From NCBI GenBank assembly GCA_002269645.1, contig NIVC01000431.1:1-54266 (forward strand): 54,266 nt of DNA. The letters run 5' to 3'. The translations under genes were made by a program, and so were the position numbers. Below are positions 52,124 through 54,266 of this stretch, piece after piece. The DNA comes from Macrostomum lignano. Lineage: Eukaryota. Below the pieces are notes generated by a model. It ran no database searches, was not told the origin of the DNA, and saw only the letters and a program-made list of their open reading frames with translations. Position 1 is the stretch's first letter. Each line of letters begins with the position of its first letter.

Positions 52124-52617
52124 GAAGAGTTGATAATAGAATAAGGCACTGTAGTAGTTATAAAAAAATAATTGTAGGAAAGATGTATATTGAAAAGAAC
52201 AGTTTTAAATTTGAACTTTGCTTTGTTGTTTAGGTTACTTTATTAGCTAGCTTAATCGACTGATTGATTCTTGAAGCCTGGTGGTATCTCAAAGGATTAG
52301 GAAATATGCAACTCTAACGTTAATTTTTGCTTAGGGGTTGTGTGTGGTGGTTTCCTGGATTTAGTGAACCTTTAAAAAGGTAAAGAAACGTATTTTCCAT
52401 CAAAAACTCGAATAAGCTAAAGCCGAGAAAATCAGAATTCACAGTTATATTTTCTAACTTGCAAAACAGTTATAACTACATAGGATTTATTACGTCTCGA
52501 AAGTCAAAACGTAGTTTTTTATACTGTTTGTCTTTCCATGGATCTCTATTTTAAAAAACCGAAACTTTTTGGCAATATATTTTTAGCCTGCCTGATTTGC
52601 CAAGCACTGCACTCACA

Positions 52618-53511
52618 ATGGACTCTACGTTGGGCAGTATGACCGTGCAGGCCCTCAAAGATGCCTTACGCGAGAAGGCCTTACCTACAAGTGGCAATAA
52701 AGAAGAGCTGATAGGCCGCCTGCTCGCTGCAAGCCAGGCCGAACGAGCTCCCAGCGATGACGACGGTGACGACGACCAGGACGAGGATGACGTGCGCCGG
52801 GCTGCGCCAGCGGAGGAGGCCACAGAAGCGCAGATTCGGCAGACTCAGAAGAGGATCGAGCTGCTTAAACTGCAGAAGGCTGAGGCCCAGTTGCGGGATG
52901 AAGTGCAGTCGATCCGCAGTGGCGCCGCATCGCCCCCGCTGGCCAGAGGAGGGCCGGACATCTACGCCAGCCTGTTCGGGGACCAGAGCCGACAACCGAG
53001 GTTTGATTCGGCCGGAGCCCAGCGGCCCCCATCAGCGCTGCTCATCCCGGAATTTCTGGACGAGAAGCAGCAGTCGGGAGGATGGCTGACACAGGAACGT
53101 GGTCGCCTGACTCTGAAAGGCGCAACGCCGAGCCTGTCCGGAGTCAACTTCGGCCAGTGGGTGGCTGCCAACGCGCGGATCATGCAGCGACTGCTGGAGA
53201 CCGGCCAGCTGGTGGCGCCCGGTACGGATGGACAGCCCGACTGCAAGAGTCTGAACGCCTACCTCAACTTTAACATCCACATCGGCGAGCTGATCGACGC
53301 TGGCTACGACTGGAAGGTGGTGCTCCAGTACGACCAGGACATGAGGCTGCAGCAGCACTCGCGACAGCGCGACTGGGACAGCCCCGATCTGAACCTCATC
53401 ATCAAGCATATGACGGCGCCCAAAAACCTGCGAGCTGCTGGCCCAGTCGCGGTCGGTCAAGGAGTCCAGGGTCACCGTAGCAGGGGCCAGCTAAAACGGC
53501 GACTTATCTGA
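52618..53511 (+). mobile_element. Intact gag-like ORF with an N-terminal SAP domain, resembling ORF1 of DIRS/Ngaro tyrosine-recombinase retrotransposons
   Basis: LGSMTVQALKDALREKALPTSGNKEELIGRL is a SAP consensus. LIPEFL, VNFGQWVAANARIM, YLNFNIHIGEL and YDWKVVLQYDQDMR resemble DIRS-type ORF1 (recalled, not searched). No RT, RNase H or YR follows. Confidence 0.6.
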
Positions 53512-54266
53512 GCCCATCCCAATCAACAAAGGTGTACTTCAAGGTAACCCACTATCTACCGTTCTCTTTGAGATCTATATCAATGACTTAGTTGAATACC
53601 TTGAAACCTCTACTTATCGAATTTTTTTCGTCGCACCCCCTTATCCACATACTACTCTTCGCAGATGATCAAGCCATACTAAGCAAAAACAAAACTGACC
53701 TCCAACACATGTTCCGCACAATGGAAACCTACTGTAGACAGAACTACCTCAAAATAAATGCCAGCAAAACAAAATACATGCAAGCCTGCAAGGGTAAAAA
53801 CAAGCAAATGCAAAACGACACCGAAATTCTTTACGAAATGCAACAGATAGAAGAAGTAAATGAATTTAAATACCTGGGAATCATCTTTGAACCCAATAAT
53901 AGTTTTTAAAAAATGCATTGCTTATCAGATGAAACAAGGTAACTCCGCATGTTTTCACTGCTACACAAAGTAAAAGACACCACGCTGGATATTATACTTA
54001 TCAGTAGACTATTTAATTCTTTGGTCACACCAGTTATAACGTATGGTTGTGAAATCTGGGGACCTCTAGCAACCTGTACTGAACTCAAGAACATCGACAA
54101 AATCCAAACAAATTTCTACAAATACCTCCTTAGCCTACCTAAAAGTACCTGCAACTCTGTTTTATACGCAGAACTTAATTTAAACACCTATCTCACTTAC
54201 CATCTCGAACTTTTTTCTTACATACTGGCTCAAAATCAAACATAAAAAACTGAATAGTACCACTAT
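53493..54266 (+). mobile_element. Degenerate 5'-truncated non-LTR reverse transcriptase fragment
   Basis: NGDLSEPIPINKGVLQGNPLST, LLFADD, LKINASKTKYM and VNEFKYLGIIF. One frameshift near 53620 and a stop at 53907. Confidence 0.9.

Overview
Eukaryotic (animal) genomic DNA: GC-rich exons, spliceosomal introns and very many minisatellites. The style suggests a Macrostomum-like flatworm, which is inference only. I could hand-splice nine protein-coding genes with consistent intron phases. (A) A ~1626-aa protein with a ~1300-aa acidic Ala/Glu/Gln/Asp/Pro repeat. (B) Its tandem paralogue, a hillarin/KY-type transglutaminase-like pseudoenzyme; A and B share a C-terminal module that resembles the dynein stalk-head microtubule-binding domain. 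The others are an intron-poor prominin-like gene, a secreted N-formylglutamate-amidohydrolase-like protein, AKAP14, a CFAP97D2-like gene, headcase, an unrecognised + strand gene, and VTA1 (with an apparent frameshift). RFX X-box-like motifs lie near three of the genes. Mobile DNA: a 5'-truncated RNase H non-LTR element with a 13-bp TSD, a hAT MITE, a Harbinger-like MITE, a SAP-domain DIRS/Ngaro-like gag ORF and a degenerate LINE RT. Most long ORFs in the supplied track are shadow frames of minisatellites. I found no rRNA, tRNA or CRISPR array. All family assignments come from motif recognition by eye; no database search was run.
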